A stretch of DNA of 64,000 nucleotides, from positions 4,845 to 68,844 of the forward strand of contig CAJQRW010000003.1 of assembly GCA_905612415.1 (NCBI GenBank), written 5' to 3'. The notes beneath the pieces are model-generated. The model did no database searches and had not been told where the DNA came from. It worked only from the letters and a program-made list of their open reading frames with translations. The DNA is from an uncultured Pelagibacteraceae bacterium (lineage in GTDB: Bacteria; Pseudomonadota; Alphaproteobacteria; Pelagibacterales; Pelagibacteraceae). Positions 31,727 through 42,229 of this stretch are shown here, in pieces. Each line of letters begins with the position of its first letter. Within the stretch, counting starts at the first letter, position 1. Position numbers and translations under genes: made by a program.

Positions 31727-32065
31727 ATGAGTGTTACAACATCATATTTATTTTTAGTATTAGCAGTTTTTTTAGGAGTTACCTCAAATAGCTTTGCAAA
31801 AAGTGCAGAAGGTTTTACTATTTTAATGCCAAGTATTGTTACAGCAATAACAATAGTTTTATGCATGTATGCATTATCCATGGTTATGAAAACATTACCT
31901 ATAGGAATCACTTATGCATCGTTTGCAGGATTGGCAATTATAGCAACTGTAGTCGTTGGAATTATTAAATATAATCAAATACCAAACATTTTTACCATAG
32001 TTGGTTTAGCATTGATTGTAGCTGGAGTATTAATGGTTAATTTAATGGGCAATGCAAATTCTTAG
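31727..32065 (+). CDS. SMR-family small membrane transporter homolog lacking the canonical TM1 glutamate
   Basis: 112 aa with 4 TM helices. KSAEGFT and LPIGITYA align by eye with EmrE KFSEGFT and IPTGIAYA. The position equivalent to E14 is Gly17. Confidence 0.85.
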   Translation: MSVTTSYLFLVLAVFLGVTSNSFAKSAEGFTILMPSIVTAITIVLCMYALSMVMKTLPIGITYASFAGLAIIATVVVGIIKYNQIPNIFTIVGLALIVAGVLMVNLMGNANS

Positions 32066-33144
32066 CTACACTGAGCTTTGTTTAATAAATAGTGATCTAA
32101 TATAACGCAAGACATCATAGCTTCACCAATAGGCACTGCTCTGATCCCAACACATGGATCGTGCCTACCTTTTACAGAAATTTTAGTATTTTTTCCTTTT
32201 TTATTAATGGTTTCTCTACTATTTAAAATTGAAGAGGTTGGTTTAACTGCAAAAGAAGCTACGATTTCCTGACCTGATGAAATTCCTCCTAATATACCTC
32301 CAGAATTATTAGACTTAAATTTTATCTTACCAGAAACCTTTTTCATTTCATCAGAATTTTCTTCTCCACTTAAAAAAGCTGCACTCATACCCGCTCCTAC
32401 ATTTACTCCCTTAACAGCATTAATGCTCATTAATGCACCTGCGAGATCAGCATCTAGTTTTGAGTAAATAGGTGCACCTAATCCTGCAGGAATGCCTGAA
32501 GCTCTTAGTTCAATTATTGCACCACATGAAGATCCAGATTTTCTAACTGTCAGTAAATACTTTTCCCAAAGTTTTACAGATTTTTTGTCAGGACAAAAAA
32601 ATGAATTTTTTCTTATTTCTTTTTCATTCCAATTACTTTTATCACAACCCAGCAGTCCTAATTGAGTAACAGCTCCAACTACTTTAAATTTTTTACCAAT
32701 TAATTTATTTAACGTTATTCTTGCAACAGCACCAGCAGCCACTCTGGCAGCAGTTTCTCTTGCTGATTGTCGTCCTCCACCTCTATAATCTCTTATTCCA
32801 TATTTTAGAAGATATGTATAATCTGCATGACCAGGTCTAAATTTGTTTTTAATACTTTCATAATCCCTTGACTTAGCATCTTCATTATAAATTATCATAG
32901 AAATTGGAGCGCCAGTTGTCTTACCTTGAAATACTCCTGATAAAATTTTAACAGAATCAGATTCTTTTCTTTGGGTTGTGAATTTTGACTGTCCTGGCCG
33001 TCTTCGGCTCATATCTTTCATAATATCCTTTTCTGATAAGGATATATTTGGAGGACACCCATCCACTACGCATCCTATGGCAGGGCCATGAGATTCTCCC
33101 CATGTTGTAAATCGAAATATCTTTCCAAAAGTGTTAAATGACAT
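32062..33144 (-). CDS. aroC: Chorismate synthase
   Basis: 360 aa with [15 protein letters not shown] and RPGHADYTY. Confidence 0.96.
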   Translation of the reverse strand: MSFNTFGKIFRFTTWGESHGPAIGCVVDGCPPNISLSEKDIMKDMSRRRPGQSKFTTQRKESDSVKILSGVFQGKTTGAPISMIIYNEDAKSRDYESIKNKFRPGHADYTYLLKYGIRDYRGGGRQSARETAARVAAGAVARITLNKLIGKKFKVVGAVTQLGLLGCDKSNWNEKEIRKNSFFCPDKKSVKLWEKYLLTVRKSGSSCGAIIELRASGIPAGLGAPIYSKLDADLAGALMSINAVKGVNVGAGMSAAFLSGEENSDEMKKVSGKIKFKSNNSGGILGGISSGQEIVASFAVKPTSSILNSRETINKKGKNTKISVKGRHDPCVGIRAVPIGEAMMSCVILDHYLLNKAQCS

Positions 33145-33178
33145 TAGATTGTATTATATAGAATATTTTGACTGTTTT

Positions 33179-33802
33179 ATGAATCAAAAAAACTTATTAG
33201 GATTAGACTCTTGCTTTATGGATATGGACGATCCTATAGAATTGTTTAAAATATGGATGTTAGAGGCTGAAAAAAAGGAGATAAATGATCCAAACGCCTT
33301 GTCTTTAGCTACAGTAAATAAAAAAAACGAACCTAATGTAAGAATGGTTCTTTTAAAGGGGTTAAGCTCAAAAGGATTCGTTTTTTATACAAACTTTAAC
33401 AGCCCAAAAAGCCAGGATCTTAAAAACCATCCAGAAGCAGCTATGTGCTTTCATTGGAAAAGTCTTCAAAGGCAAGTAAGGATTAAAGGTGGGGTAAAAC
33501 AAATAGAAGATAATGAGGCAGATCTTTATTTTAACAGCAGACCATATGAAAGTAGAATAGGAGCGTGGGCATCAGATCAATCAAAAGTTATGAAGGTAAG
33601 AAAAGAATTTTTAGATAAAATAAATGAATTTAAACAAAAATATAAAGATGAAAAAATTTTACCACGACCCAAGCATTGGTCTGGATGGTGCCTAAAGCCT
33701 TCTTCAGTAGAGTTTTGGTTAGGAGACCAATATAGAATACATGAAAGATTGAAGTATAATAAAATTAAAAATGATTGGAAAAAAGAAATTTTATATCCTT
33801 AA
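33179..33802 (+). CDS. pdxH: Pyridoxamine 5'-phosphate oxidase
   Basis: Motifs: DPIELFKIWMLEA...ALSLATV...RMVLLKG...FYTNFNSPK...VEFWLGDQYRIHERL. The GTG start of the track ORF (33131) would overlap the aroC start. I prefer the ATG at 33179, but the start is uncertain. Confidence 0.9.
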   Translation: MNQKNLLGLDSCFMDMDDPIELFKIWMLEAEKKEINDPNALSLATVNKKNEPNVRMVLLKGLSSKGFVFYTNFNSPKSQDLKNHPEAAMCFHWKSLQRQVRIKGGVKQIEDNEADLYFNSRPYESRIGAWASDQSKVMKVRKEFLDKINEFKQKYKDEKILPRPKHWSGWCLKPSSVEFWLGDQYRIHERLKYNKIKNDWKKEILYP

Positions 33803-34812
33803 AAAGACCTGTTAAGACTGAAACTAGTTAAATTTTGTAGAATTTTTTTCTCCTTGCCGTCTTGAAATATACCTAGAGCATCATAAGAAACATTAACAAA
33901 ATACTCCGCCCTTTTTAAACTAACTTCAACTGCTTTATATTTATTTATTAGAGCTAATGTTTCGCTAAAATCATCCTCATTTCTTTCTTCCTTTTTAAAT
34001 AGATCTGTAAGAAATTTCTTCTCTTCGCTATTAGCTTTTTGAAAAATAATAACTAAAGGTAATGTAGTTTTTCCTTCAAAAAAATCTTTTCCAATCTCTT
34101 TTCCAAAAATTGTTTTTGTAGATAAATAATCTAAAGCATCATCAGCAATTTGAAATGCTAAGCCAAGATTTTTTCCATAAGACTCCAAAGCATCTTTTTC
34201 TTTTTTACTTCTATTTCCAATACACGCTCCAACTCTAGTTGCGGCAGCAAATAGAGCAGCGGTTTTCATACTTATTATATTAAAATAAGTTTCTTCAAGT
34301 AAATCTATTTCACCTTTATGTTCTAATTGCAAAACCTCGCCTTGAGCTATGGTCGACGATGTTGATGATAGTAGCTTTAATATTTCATTAGAACCATCTT
34401 CAACCATCATTTCAAAACAACGGCTAAATAAATAGTCTCCAACTAATATAGAAGATTGATTTCCCCAAATTGAATTTGAAGTTTTAACTCCTCTTCTAAG
34501 TTCACTGCTGTCTATTACATCATCGTGCAGCAATGTTGCACTATGAATTAATTCAACACAAGCAGCTAAATTAATATCTCTATCACCATCTCTGTAACCA
34601 CATAATTTTGATGAAGCTAAAGTTAATAAAGGTCTGATTCTTTTTCCACCTGATTTTAATTGGTAGTCTGTCATTTTGTGGATCAAACTTATTTTACTTT
34701 CTAGTTTGTATTTTATTACCTGGCTAACATCGTCCAGCCTGTTTCCAACTAGATTTTTAAGATCCATGTAAGAATTATTCAATTCTTTTTTTAAAGGTAT
34801 TACTAAGCCCAT
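33799..34812 (-). CDS. ispB: Polyprenyl (octaprenyl-type) diphosphate synthase
   Basis: 337 aa with LLHDDVIDSSELRRG and QIADDALDY. Confidence 0.9.
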   Translation of the reverse strand: MGLVIPLKKELNNSYMDLKNLVGNRLDDVSQVIKYKLESKISLIHKMTDYQLKSGGKRIRPLLTLASSKLCGYRDGDRDINLAACVELIHSATLLHDDVIDSSELRRGVKTSNSIWGNQSSILVGDYLFSRCFEMMVEDGSNEILKLLSSTSSTIAQGEVLQLEHKGEIDLLEETYFNIISMKTAALFAAATRVGACIGNRSKKEKDALESYGKNLGLAFQIADDALDYLSTKTIFGKEIGKDFFEGKTTLPLVIIFQKANSEEKKFLTDLFKKEERNEDDFSETLALINKYKAVEVSLKRAEYFVNVSYDALGIFQDGKEKKILQNLTSFSLNRSF

Positions 34813-34964
34813 TTAACAGATTATAGCTTTTATTTTTTATTAAAAAAAACTTTTTTAATCACTAATGACGCACCTAAAAAATTACAACCTAAGGTAGCTT
34901 TTAAAACTTTACTTAAACTTTTAAAGAATCTAAAAACTATGATAATTAGAATATATATCTTCAA

Positions 34965-35786
34965 ATGTTTTCAATTTTAAAAATTTTTAAAAAGAAAAAA
35001 ATAGTTCCTCATATTAGGTTGTCTGGAGTTATAGGGTCAGTTGGTAGATTTAAACAAGGCATAAACTTTGTTGGCCAACAAGAAATTATTGATAAAGCTT
35101 TTGCGTATAAAAAAGCTTTGGCAATTGCAATATCAATAAATTCGCCTGGAGGGTCGCCAGTACAATCACACTTAATATACAGTTATATAAAAAAGCTAGC
35201 CAAAAAAAATAAGAAAAAAGTTTTAGTTTTTGCTGAAGATGTAGCCGCGTCCGGAGGTTATTTAATTGCATGTGCAGGCGATGAAATTTATGCAAACTCG
35301 AGTTCAATTGTTGGATCAATTGGTGTAATTTCTGCATCTTTTGGATTTCAGGATGCTATTAAAAAAATAGGAATTGAAAGAAGAGTTTATACTGCAGGCA
35401 AAAACAAAAGTACTCTCGATCCTTTTGTGGCAGAAAAAGAAGAAGATATTGAAAGATTAAAAAAAATACAATTAGAACTACATTCAGATTTTATAAACGT
35501 TGTTAAAGCTAGCAGATCTTCAAAGCTAATAGATATTGAAAAAAACAACACTTTTACAGGTGAGTTTTGGTCTGGATCCACTTCTTTAAAATTAGGATTA
35601 ATAGATGGAATTGGAAATGCTGATGAAATTTTAAAAGAAAAATTTGGAGAAGATGTTTTAATTCAAAAACTCGAAAAACCAAAAGGTTTTATAGAAAAAA
35701 AATTATCTGCATCTGTCAATAATCAAGTTGATAGTATTGCAAATATTTTAGAAGAAAGATCCCAATGGCAAAAATTTGGTTTATAA
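34965..35786 (+). CDS. sppA: S49 family signal peptide peptidase (SppA 36K type)
   Basis: 273 aa with INSPGGSPVQS and AASGGYLIACAGDEIYA. Confidence 0.88.
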   Translation: MFSILKIFKKKKIVPHIRLSGVIGSVGRFKQGINFVGQQEIIDKAFAYKKALAIAISINSPGGSPVQSHLIYSYIKKLAKKNKKKVLVFAEDVAASGGYLIACAGDEIYANSSSIVGSIGVISASFGFQDAIKKIGIERRVYTAGKNKSTLDPFVAEKEEDIERLKKIQLELHSDFINVVKASRSSKLIDIEKNNTFTGEFWSGSTSLKLGLIDGIGNADEILKEKFGEDVLIQKLEKPKGFIEKKLSASVNNQVDSIANILEERSQWQKFGL

Positions 35787-36680
35787 ATGTCTAAAACAAA
35801 AGAATTAAAAAAGAAAAAAATTAAACCAACTCCAGTAAATTTTCAAGAAACAATATTGAATTTACAAAAATTTTGGGGAAACTATGGATGTGTGCTCTTG
35901 CAACCTTATGACATTGAGGTGGGAGCTGGCACTTTTCATCCCGCCACCACATTACGGTCATTAGGCACAAAACCCTGGAAAGCTGCTTATGTCCAACCTT
36001 CACGAAGACCAACAGATGGAAGATACGGAAAGAATCCTAATCGTTTACAACACTATTATCAATTTCAAGTCATAATTAAACCTTCTCCCGATGAAATAAA
36101 AAAAATTTTTTTAAAAAGTTTGTCAACAATAGGAATTAATCATACCGAACACGATATAAGATTTGTTGAAGATGATTGGGAAAGTCCTACTCTTGGAGCA
36201 GCAGGACGTGGTTGGGAAGTATGGTGTGATGGAATGGAAATAACACAATTTACTTATTTTCAACAAATGACAGGTATTGAGTGTAACCCAATTTCTGTAG
36301 AGCTTACTTATGGATTAGAAAGAATATGCATGTTCACTCAGGGAAAAAATAATGTATTTGATCTTGTTTGGAACAACGAAGGAATAAAATATAAAGACGT
36401 TTTTTACCAAGCAGAAAAAGAATTTTCATCATATAATTTTGAATTTGCTAACACAGACAGTTTGTTAAAAAATTTTCAAATTGCTGAAGCTGAATGTAAA
36501 AACTTATTAGAAAAGAAACTTTCTTTGCCAGCTTATGACCAATGTTTGAAAGCTAGCCATATTTTTAATTTATTAGATGCACGAGGTGTTATAGGCGTAG
36601 CTCAAAGAACAGAATATATTTCAAGAATAAGAGAATTAGCTAAAGGGTCAGGAAAAAGCTGGCTAGAAAGCCAAAAGTAG
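35787..36680 (+). CDS. glyQ: Glycine--tRNA ligase alpha subunit
   Basis: 297 aa with [24 protein letters not shown] and GLERICM. Confidence 0.96.
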   Translation: MSKTKELKKKKIKPTPVNFQETILNLQKFWGNYGCVLLQPYDIEVGAGTFHPATTLRSLGTKPWKAAYVQPSRRPTDGRYGKNPNRLQHYYQFQVIIKPSPDEIKKIFLKSLSTIGINHTEHDIRFVEDDWESPTLGAAGRGWEVWCDGMEITQFTYFQQMTGIECNPISVELTYGLERICMFTQGKNNVFDLVWNNEGIKYKDVFYQAEKEFSSYNFEFANTDSLLKNFQIAEAECKNLLEKKLSLPAYDQCLKASHIFNLLDARGVIGVAQRTEYISRIRELAKGSGKSWLESQK

Positions 36681-36682
36681 AA

Positions 36683-38743
36683 ATGGCTGAATTGTTTATT
36701 GAGCTATTTAGTGAAGAAATTCCTGGAAAATTACAATCAGATTTTAGAGAAAAAGGTAAGAGGATACTAGAAGAAAAATTAAGCAAAAAAAATATTAGCT
36801 TTAAATCATGCAAAACTTTTTCAACACCCACAAGACTTGTTTTTTTTGCGGAAGGAATTCCTGAAAAAGTTGAACAAAAAGGAAAAGTTATAAAAGGACC
36901 AAAAACAGAATCTTCAGAACTAGCTTTAACTGGTTTTATAAAATCTAATAATTTAAAAAAAACAGATGTTTATAAAAAAGAAATAGATAAAGGAGAATTT
37001 TATTTTGCAGAGACTCCATCTCAAAATATAGATGTTTTGACAGAATTAAAATCCATTATACCAGAAACATTCAAATCTTACTCTTGGAAAAAGTCAATGA
37101 AATGGTCGACTTATGATTTAAATTGGGGAAGGCCCTTAAAATCTATTGTAGCATTATTTAATAGTCAAATAGTAGAGTTTAAATTTTTTCATTTAAAAAG
37201 TAGTAATTTAATATCTTTAGATTCAGTGGATGATTTAAAATTAAAAAAAATAGAAAGTTTTAAGTCTTATTTAGATGTTCTTAAATCTCAAAGTATTATT
37301 TTAGATCAGGAAAAAAGAAAAATTTTAATAATTAAAAAAACGAATAATATTTGTAATATTAGAGGTTTAAAGAGCGACTTTAATGAAAAGTTAGTTGATG
37401 AAGTAGTTAATTTAGTTGAGAATCCAAATATTATATTATGTAAATTTGATGAAATTTATTTAAATGTTCCACAAGAAATTTTAATTGTTACGATGCAACA
37501 ACATCAAAAGTATTTTCCAATTTTTGAAAAAAATAACAAATTAACAAACCTATTTTTAATCGTTGCGAATTTACCTGATACCAAAGGGTTTATTAAAACT
37601 GGAAATCAAAGAGTGATCGAAGCAAGACTATCTGATGCTAAATTTTTTTGGGATAAAAATAAGAATCAAAATCTTGTAAAACAAGTAGGAAAATTAAAAA
37701 ATTTATCGTTTTTTAATCAACTAGGTTCTTTTTACGATAAAACTCAACGATTGCGTAATCTTGCTGGGTTAATTTCGGATGAGTTAAATTTAAGTAAAGA
37801 AAAAACTGAAATAGCTTCATCAATTTGTAAAGCTGACTTAGTTTCTGATCTCGTGGGAGAATATCCTGAACTGCAAGGAGTGATGGGCAAATACTTTGCT
37901 GCTGAACAAGGTTTTGATAAGGATATTTCATTAGCAATAAGTGAACATTATTTGCCCAACGGACCACATAGCGAGATTCCAAAAAAGCCCATTAGTATAG
38001 CTGTGTCACTAATCGACAAAATTGATATGTTAGTTGGATTTTTTGGCATTAATGAAAAACCAACAAGCTCTAAAGATCCGTTTGCATTGAGAAGAACTGC
38101 TATAGGTTTATTAAGAATAATAATTGAGAATAAAATAATAATTGACTTAAAATCTTTAATTAACAATTCTATCACCATTTATGAAAAACAAAATACAAAA
38201 TTTACAAATGATTCAATCACAAAAGAAGTTTTGATTTTTTTAAGCGAAAGATTTAAAAATATTTTAAAGGAAAAAAAAATAAGGAATGATATTATTGATG
38301 CGGTAGACGCTTCAAGAACTGGTAATAATTTTTTAGCACTTTATAAAAAGTGTTCAATTGTAAATAAGAATATTTCCAAAGATGTATGTAAAAATATTAT
38401 TGGTTCGTATAAAAGAGCATCCAATATTATTGGGCAAGAGTTAAATAACAAAAAATTTTCAGGACAGCCAGACCCTCTATTTTTCCTAAAAGATGAAGAA
38501 AAAAATTTATATAAAAAAGTAAGTGAAATCCAAAATTATTTTTTGAGTACAAAAAAAATTGAAAATTATGAAGAAACTTTAAAAATACTAGGTGAAGCTA
38601 AACCTATTACAGATGTTTTTTTTGATAAAGTAATTGTAAATGATGATAATTTAAATATAAAAAAAAATCGTTTAGAATTGTTGCAAATGTTTTGTAAGAC
38701 ATATAATAACTTTATTGACTTTTCAAAATTAGAAGGAGCATAG
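36683..38743 (+). CDS. glyS: Glycine--tRNA ligase beta subunit
   Basis: 686 aa starting AELFIELFSEEIP, with KDPFALRR. It immediately follows glyQ. Confidence 0.94.
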   Translation: MAELFIELFSEEIPGKLQSDFREKGKRILEEKLSKKNISFKSCKTFSTPTRLVFFAEGIPEKVEQKGKVIKGPKTESSELALTGFIKSNNLKKTDVYKKEIDKGEFYFAETPSQNIDVLTELKSIIPETFKSYSWKKSMKWSTYDLNWGRPLKSIVALFNSQIVEFKFFHLKSSNLISLDSVDDLKLKKIESFKSYLDVLKSQSIILDQEKRKILIIKKTNNICNIRGLKSDFNEKLVDEVVNLVENPNIILCKFDEIYLNVPQEILIVTMQQHQKYFPIFEKNNKLTNLFLIVANLPDTKGFIKTGNQRVIEARLSDAKFFWDKNKNQNLVKQVGKLKNLSFFNQLGSFYDKTQRLRNLAGLISDELNLSKEKTEIASSICKADLVSDLVGEYPELQGVMGKYFAAEQGFDKDISLAISEHYLPNGPHSEIPKKPISIAVSLIDKIDMLVGFFGINEKPTSSKDPFALRRTAIGLLRIIIENKIIIDLKSLINNSITIYEKQNTKFTNDSITKEVLIFLSERFKNILKEKKIRNDIIDAVDASRTGNNFLALYKKCSIVNKNISKDVCKNIIGSYKRASNIIGQELNNKKFSGQPDPLFFLKDEEKNLYKKVSEIQNYFLSTKKIENYEETLKILGEAKPITDVFFDKVIVNDDNLNIKKNRLELLQMFCKTYNNFIDFSKLEGA

Positions 38744-41406
38744 TGGAGAAATTAGTTTACAGATTTAATAACCAAAATAAGCAAGGAATTTTAAATTCGA
38801 AGGAAGTGCTTGGTGGTAAGGGAGCAAATTTAGCTCAAATGGCAAAGCTGGGTTTACCTGTGCCTCCAGGATTTACAATATCAACTAAAGTTTGTGACTA
38901 TTTTTATAGAAATAACAGAAAAATACCTAAAAAAATTGTGAGGCAAACAGAAAAGGAAATAAAGATTATTGAAAAAATTACTAAAAAAAAATTTGGTGAC
39001 TTGTCAAATCCTTTATTAGTTTCAGTTAGATCAGGCTCAAAAGTTTCAATGCCAGGAATGATGGACACAATTTTAAACTTAGGCTTAAATGATAAAACTG
39101 TAATTGCTCTTAAAAACAAAACATCTAACGGAAGATTTGCAAAAGATAGTTACAGAAGATTTATTCAAATGTATGGAAATGTTGTTTTGGGTATTGAGGG
39201 ATACCATTTTGAGGAATTAATAGATAATTACAAATTAACCAAAGGAGTTATACAAGACACCGAGTTAGAAGAAAAAGATTGGGATGGTTTAATTATAAAT
39301 TTTAAAGATATAATTAGAAAAAAAACTAAAAAAAATTTTCCTCAGGATATTAATGAACAATTGTGGGGAGCAATAAGCGCTGTTTTTTTATCTTGGAATA
39401 GTAAAAGAGCAAAGATTTATAGAAAAATAAATTATATACCAGATGAGTGGGGAACAGCTGTAAATATACAAGCAATGGTTTTTGGCAATATGGGGGAAAA
39501 CTGTGCAACTGGTGTAGCTTTTACAAGAAATCCTTCAACAGGTGAAAAGGAATTATTTGGTGAATATTTAATAAATGCTCAGGGAGAAGATGTCGTAGCA
39601 GGAACACGAACGCCACAGTATATATCAAAAAAATTAAAAAATAGAGCTAACTCCAAAGGTCTATCAATGGAAGAATCTTTGCCTAGTAATTTTAAAGAAT
39701 TAAAAAAAATATTCAATTTATTAGAAAAAAAATACCGAGATATGCAAGATATAGAATTTACTGTTGAAAATAAAAAATTATGGATGCTGCAAACTAGATC
39801 GGGTAAAAGAACTGCCAGAGCTGCCATTAAAATAGCAGTAGATATGGTAAGTGAAAAATTAATTTCAAACAAAGAGGCAGTGCTAAGAGTTGATGCTAAT
39901 ATTCTTGACACCTTACTGCACCCAACTTTAGATGAAAAAGCAGAAAAAAAAATAATTGCATCTGGCTTGCCTGCGTCACCCGGAGCCGCCAGTGGAAAAG
40001 TAACTTTTTCTGCAGATCAAGCTGAAAGACTAAAAGAACAGCAACAAAATAGTATTTTAGTTAGAATAGAAACTTCACCAGAAGATATTAATGGTATGAA
40101 TGCAGCAAATGGAATTCTTACTGCAAGAGGAGGAATGACAAGTCACGCGGCTGTTGTTGCGCGAGGAATGGGAAAGCCATGCGTTTCTGGTACAAGTGAA
40201 ATTAAAATAGAATATGAAAATAAATTGTTTAGTTCAAATGGTTTTATAGTAAAAGAGGGTGATATTATTACAATAGATGGAGGAAGTGGAAAGGTTATGT
40301 TAGGTGAGGTTCCTACCGTAAAACCAAATATATCAGGAGATTTTTCTAAATTGATGAGTTGGGCAGATAAATTTAGAAAACTCAAGGTAAGAACTAATTC
40401 CGAAACTCCAAAAGATACTAAAGTAGCAAGGGATTTTGGTGCTGAAGGTATAGGTTTATGCCGGACAGAACATATGTTTTTTGACGAACAAAGAATTGTT
40501 TCAGTCAGACAAATGATTCTTTCTAAAACTTTAGATGATAGAAAAGATGCTTTAGAAAAAATTCTTCCTTATCAAAAAAGTGATTTTTTTGAGATATTTA
40601 AAATTATGAGTGGTTTGCCAGTAACAGTAAGACTTTTAGACCCACCATTACATGAATTTTTACCTAAAACAGAAAAAGGCATTGATAATGTTGCTAAAGA
40701 ATTAAATATATCTAATAAAGATATTAAAGATAGAATTCTTGATTTGCATGAGGAAAATCCCATGCTAGGTCATAGAGGGTGTAGATTAGGAATATCTTTT
40801 CCTGATATTTATAGCATGCAATGTAGAGCTATATTTGAGGCATTGATTGAATGTAAAAAGAAAAAAATTAAATTAGTTATTCCAGAAATAATGATACCAC
40901 TGGTATCTACAGCAGCAGAAATTGAGATATTAAGAAAACTGGTTGATAAAACTGCTTATGAAGTTCAAAAGGAATATAAAGTTAAAATAAAATACTTTGT
41001 TGGAACCATGATTGAGTTACCAAGAGCAGCTTTGAGAGCAAAAGATATAGCAAAACATGCCGATTTTTTTAGTTTTGGAACCAACGATTTAACCCAAACA
41101 ACATTCGGTATCAGCAGAGATGATTCGGGAAAATTTTTAAACGACTATGTAGATAATAAAATATTTTTTAAAGATCCATTTGTGAGCATAGACGACAAAG
41201 GAGTAGGAGAACTAATTAAAATTGCTGTTGAACGTGGCAGAAAGCAAAAAAAATCAATTAAACTTGGGATTTGTGGAGAGCATGGTGGCGATCCTTCTAG
41301 TATAGAGTTTTGTGAAAATGCCAAGCTAGATTACGTATCGTGTTCACCTTATAGAGTGCCGATAGCAAGATTAGCAGCAGCACAAGCTTATTTAAGAAAA
41401 AAATAA
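38743..41406 (+). CDS. ppdK: Pyruvate, phosphate dikinase
   Basis: 887 aa from a GTG start overlapping the glyS stop. It has the phospho-His loop GGMTSHAAVVARGMGKPCV and GICGEHGGDP. Confidence 0.96.
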   Translation: MEKLVYRFNNQNKQGILNSKEVLGGKGANLAQMAKLGLPVPPGFTISTKVCDYFYRNNRKIPKKIVRQTEKEIKIIEKITKKKFGDLSNPLLVSVRSGSKVSMPGMMDTILNLGLNDKTVIALKNKTSNGRFAKDSYRRFIQMYGNVVLGIEGYHFEELIDNYKLTKGVIQDTELEEKDWDGLIINFKDIIRKKTKKNFPQDINEQLWGAISAVFLSWNSKRAKIYRKINYIPDEWGTAVNIQAMVFGNMGENCATGVAFTRNPSTGEKELFGEYLINAQGEDVVAGTRTPQYISKKLKNRANSKGLSMEESLPSNFKELKKIFNLLEKKYRDMQDIEFTVENKKLWMLQTRSGKRTARAAIKIAVDMVSEKLISNKEAVLRVDANILDTLLHPTLDEKAEKKIIASGLPASPGAASGKVTFSADQAERLKEQQQNSILVRIETSPEDINGMNAANGILTARGGMTSHAAVVARGMGKPCVSGTSEIKIEYENKLFSSNGFIVKEGDIITIDGGSGKVMLGEVPTVKPNISGDFSKLMSWADKFRKLKVRTNSETPKDTKVARDFGAEGIGLCRTEHMFFDEQRIVSVRQMILSKTLDDRKDALEKILPYQKSDFFEIFKIMSGLPVTVRLLDPPLHEFLPKTEKGIDNVAKELNISNKDIKDRILDLHEENPMLGHRGCRLGISFPDIYSMQCRAIFEALIECKKKKIKLVIPEIMIPLVSTAAEIEILRKLVDKTAYEVQKEYKVKIKYFVGTMIELPRAALRAKDIAKHADFFSFGTNDLTQTTFGISRDDSGKFLNDYVDNKIFFKDPFVSIDDKGVGELIKIAVERGRKQKKSIKLGICGEHGGDPSSIEFCENAKLDYVSCSPYRVPIARLAAAQAYLRKK

Positions 41407-41410
41407 TTTA

Positions 41411-42220
41411 CTAAATTTCAAGGCTAAAATTTACCGCAGGAGCACTATGTGTAATTTGTCCAATAGAAATTCTGTTAACTCCAGAAGAAGCAATTTTCTT
41501 AATATTTTTTAAATTAACACCACCTGATGCTTCAGTTTCATAAAATTTATTCGATAGTTTGACTGCCTTTTTGAGATTTTTGATATTCATATTATCAAAG
41601 AGAGCTCTATTAAATTTTAAACCTATAATTTTTTTTAGTTGATTTATTGTATCAACCTCAACTGTTATTTTTTTTTTTTTATTTTTTTTTATAGCTCTTT
41701 CAACCAGTTGACGAATATTTCCATCCACAACTATATGATTATCTTTAATTAAAATTTCATCACTCAGATTAAATCTATGATTGTGCCCACCTCCTAATCT
41801 TACTCCATACTTTTGAATTAGCCTTAAATTTGGAATAGTTTTTCTAGTGCAACAAACTTTACAAGTTTTATTGTTAATTTTTTTTACAAAAGCATTAGTT
41901 ATGGTAGCAACACCTGAAATAAGACTTAAAAAATTAAGAGCTACTCTTTCACTTTTTAAAATTGCTTTAGGTTTTCCATATATTGTTGCAATAATTTTAC
42001 CTTTATTTATTTTTTTTCCATCCTTAGTTTTAAATTTAAAAATAATTTTTTTATCTGAATATTTAAAAGTTTTTTTAGCAAAGTTTAGTCCTCCAACAAT
42101 ACAGTCTTGTTGCGCCACAATTTTTGCTTTTATTTTTTTATTACTTTTAATTAAATCAGTAGTTATATCTCCTGATGGTTTTAAATCCTCGGACATAGCT
42201 TGTTTAATAATGTTTATCAC
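41411..42220 (-). CDS. nadC: Nicotinate-nucleotide pyrophosphorylase (carboxylating)
   Basis: 269 aa with TRKTIPNLR and GGGHNHRFNLSD. It contains an A9-T-A13 run encoding KKNKKKK. Confidence 0.92.
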   Translation of the reverse strand: MINIIKQAMSEDLKPSGDITTDLIKSNKKIKAKIVAQQDCIVGGLNFAKKTFKYSDKKIIFKFKTKDGKKINKGKIIATIYGKPKAILKSERVALNFLSLISGVATITNAFVKKINNKTCKVCCTRKTIPNLRLIQKYGVRLGGGHNHRFNLSDEILIKDNHIVVDGNIRQLVERAIKKNKKKKITVEVDTINQLKKIIGLKFNRALFDNMNIKNLKKAVKLSNKFYETEASGGVNLKNIKKIASSGVNRISIGQITHSAPAVNFSLEI

Positions 42221-42229
42221 TTTTTATGA

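Noticed and set aside
34839-34859. Perfect AT-only hairpin ATTAAAAAA-AAC-TTTTTTAAT in the 152-bp ispB/sppA divergent spacer. Together with the size of the spacer, it suggested a possible small RNA.
   Set aside because: The stem is pure A-T and therefore very weak. The flanking genes diverge, so no terminator is needed here. I could not recognise any conserved RNA motif. It is probably a composition-driven palindrome in a promoter region.
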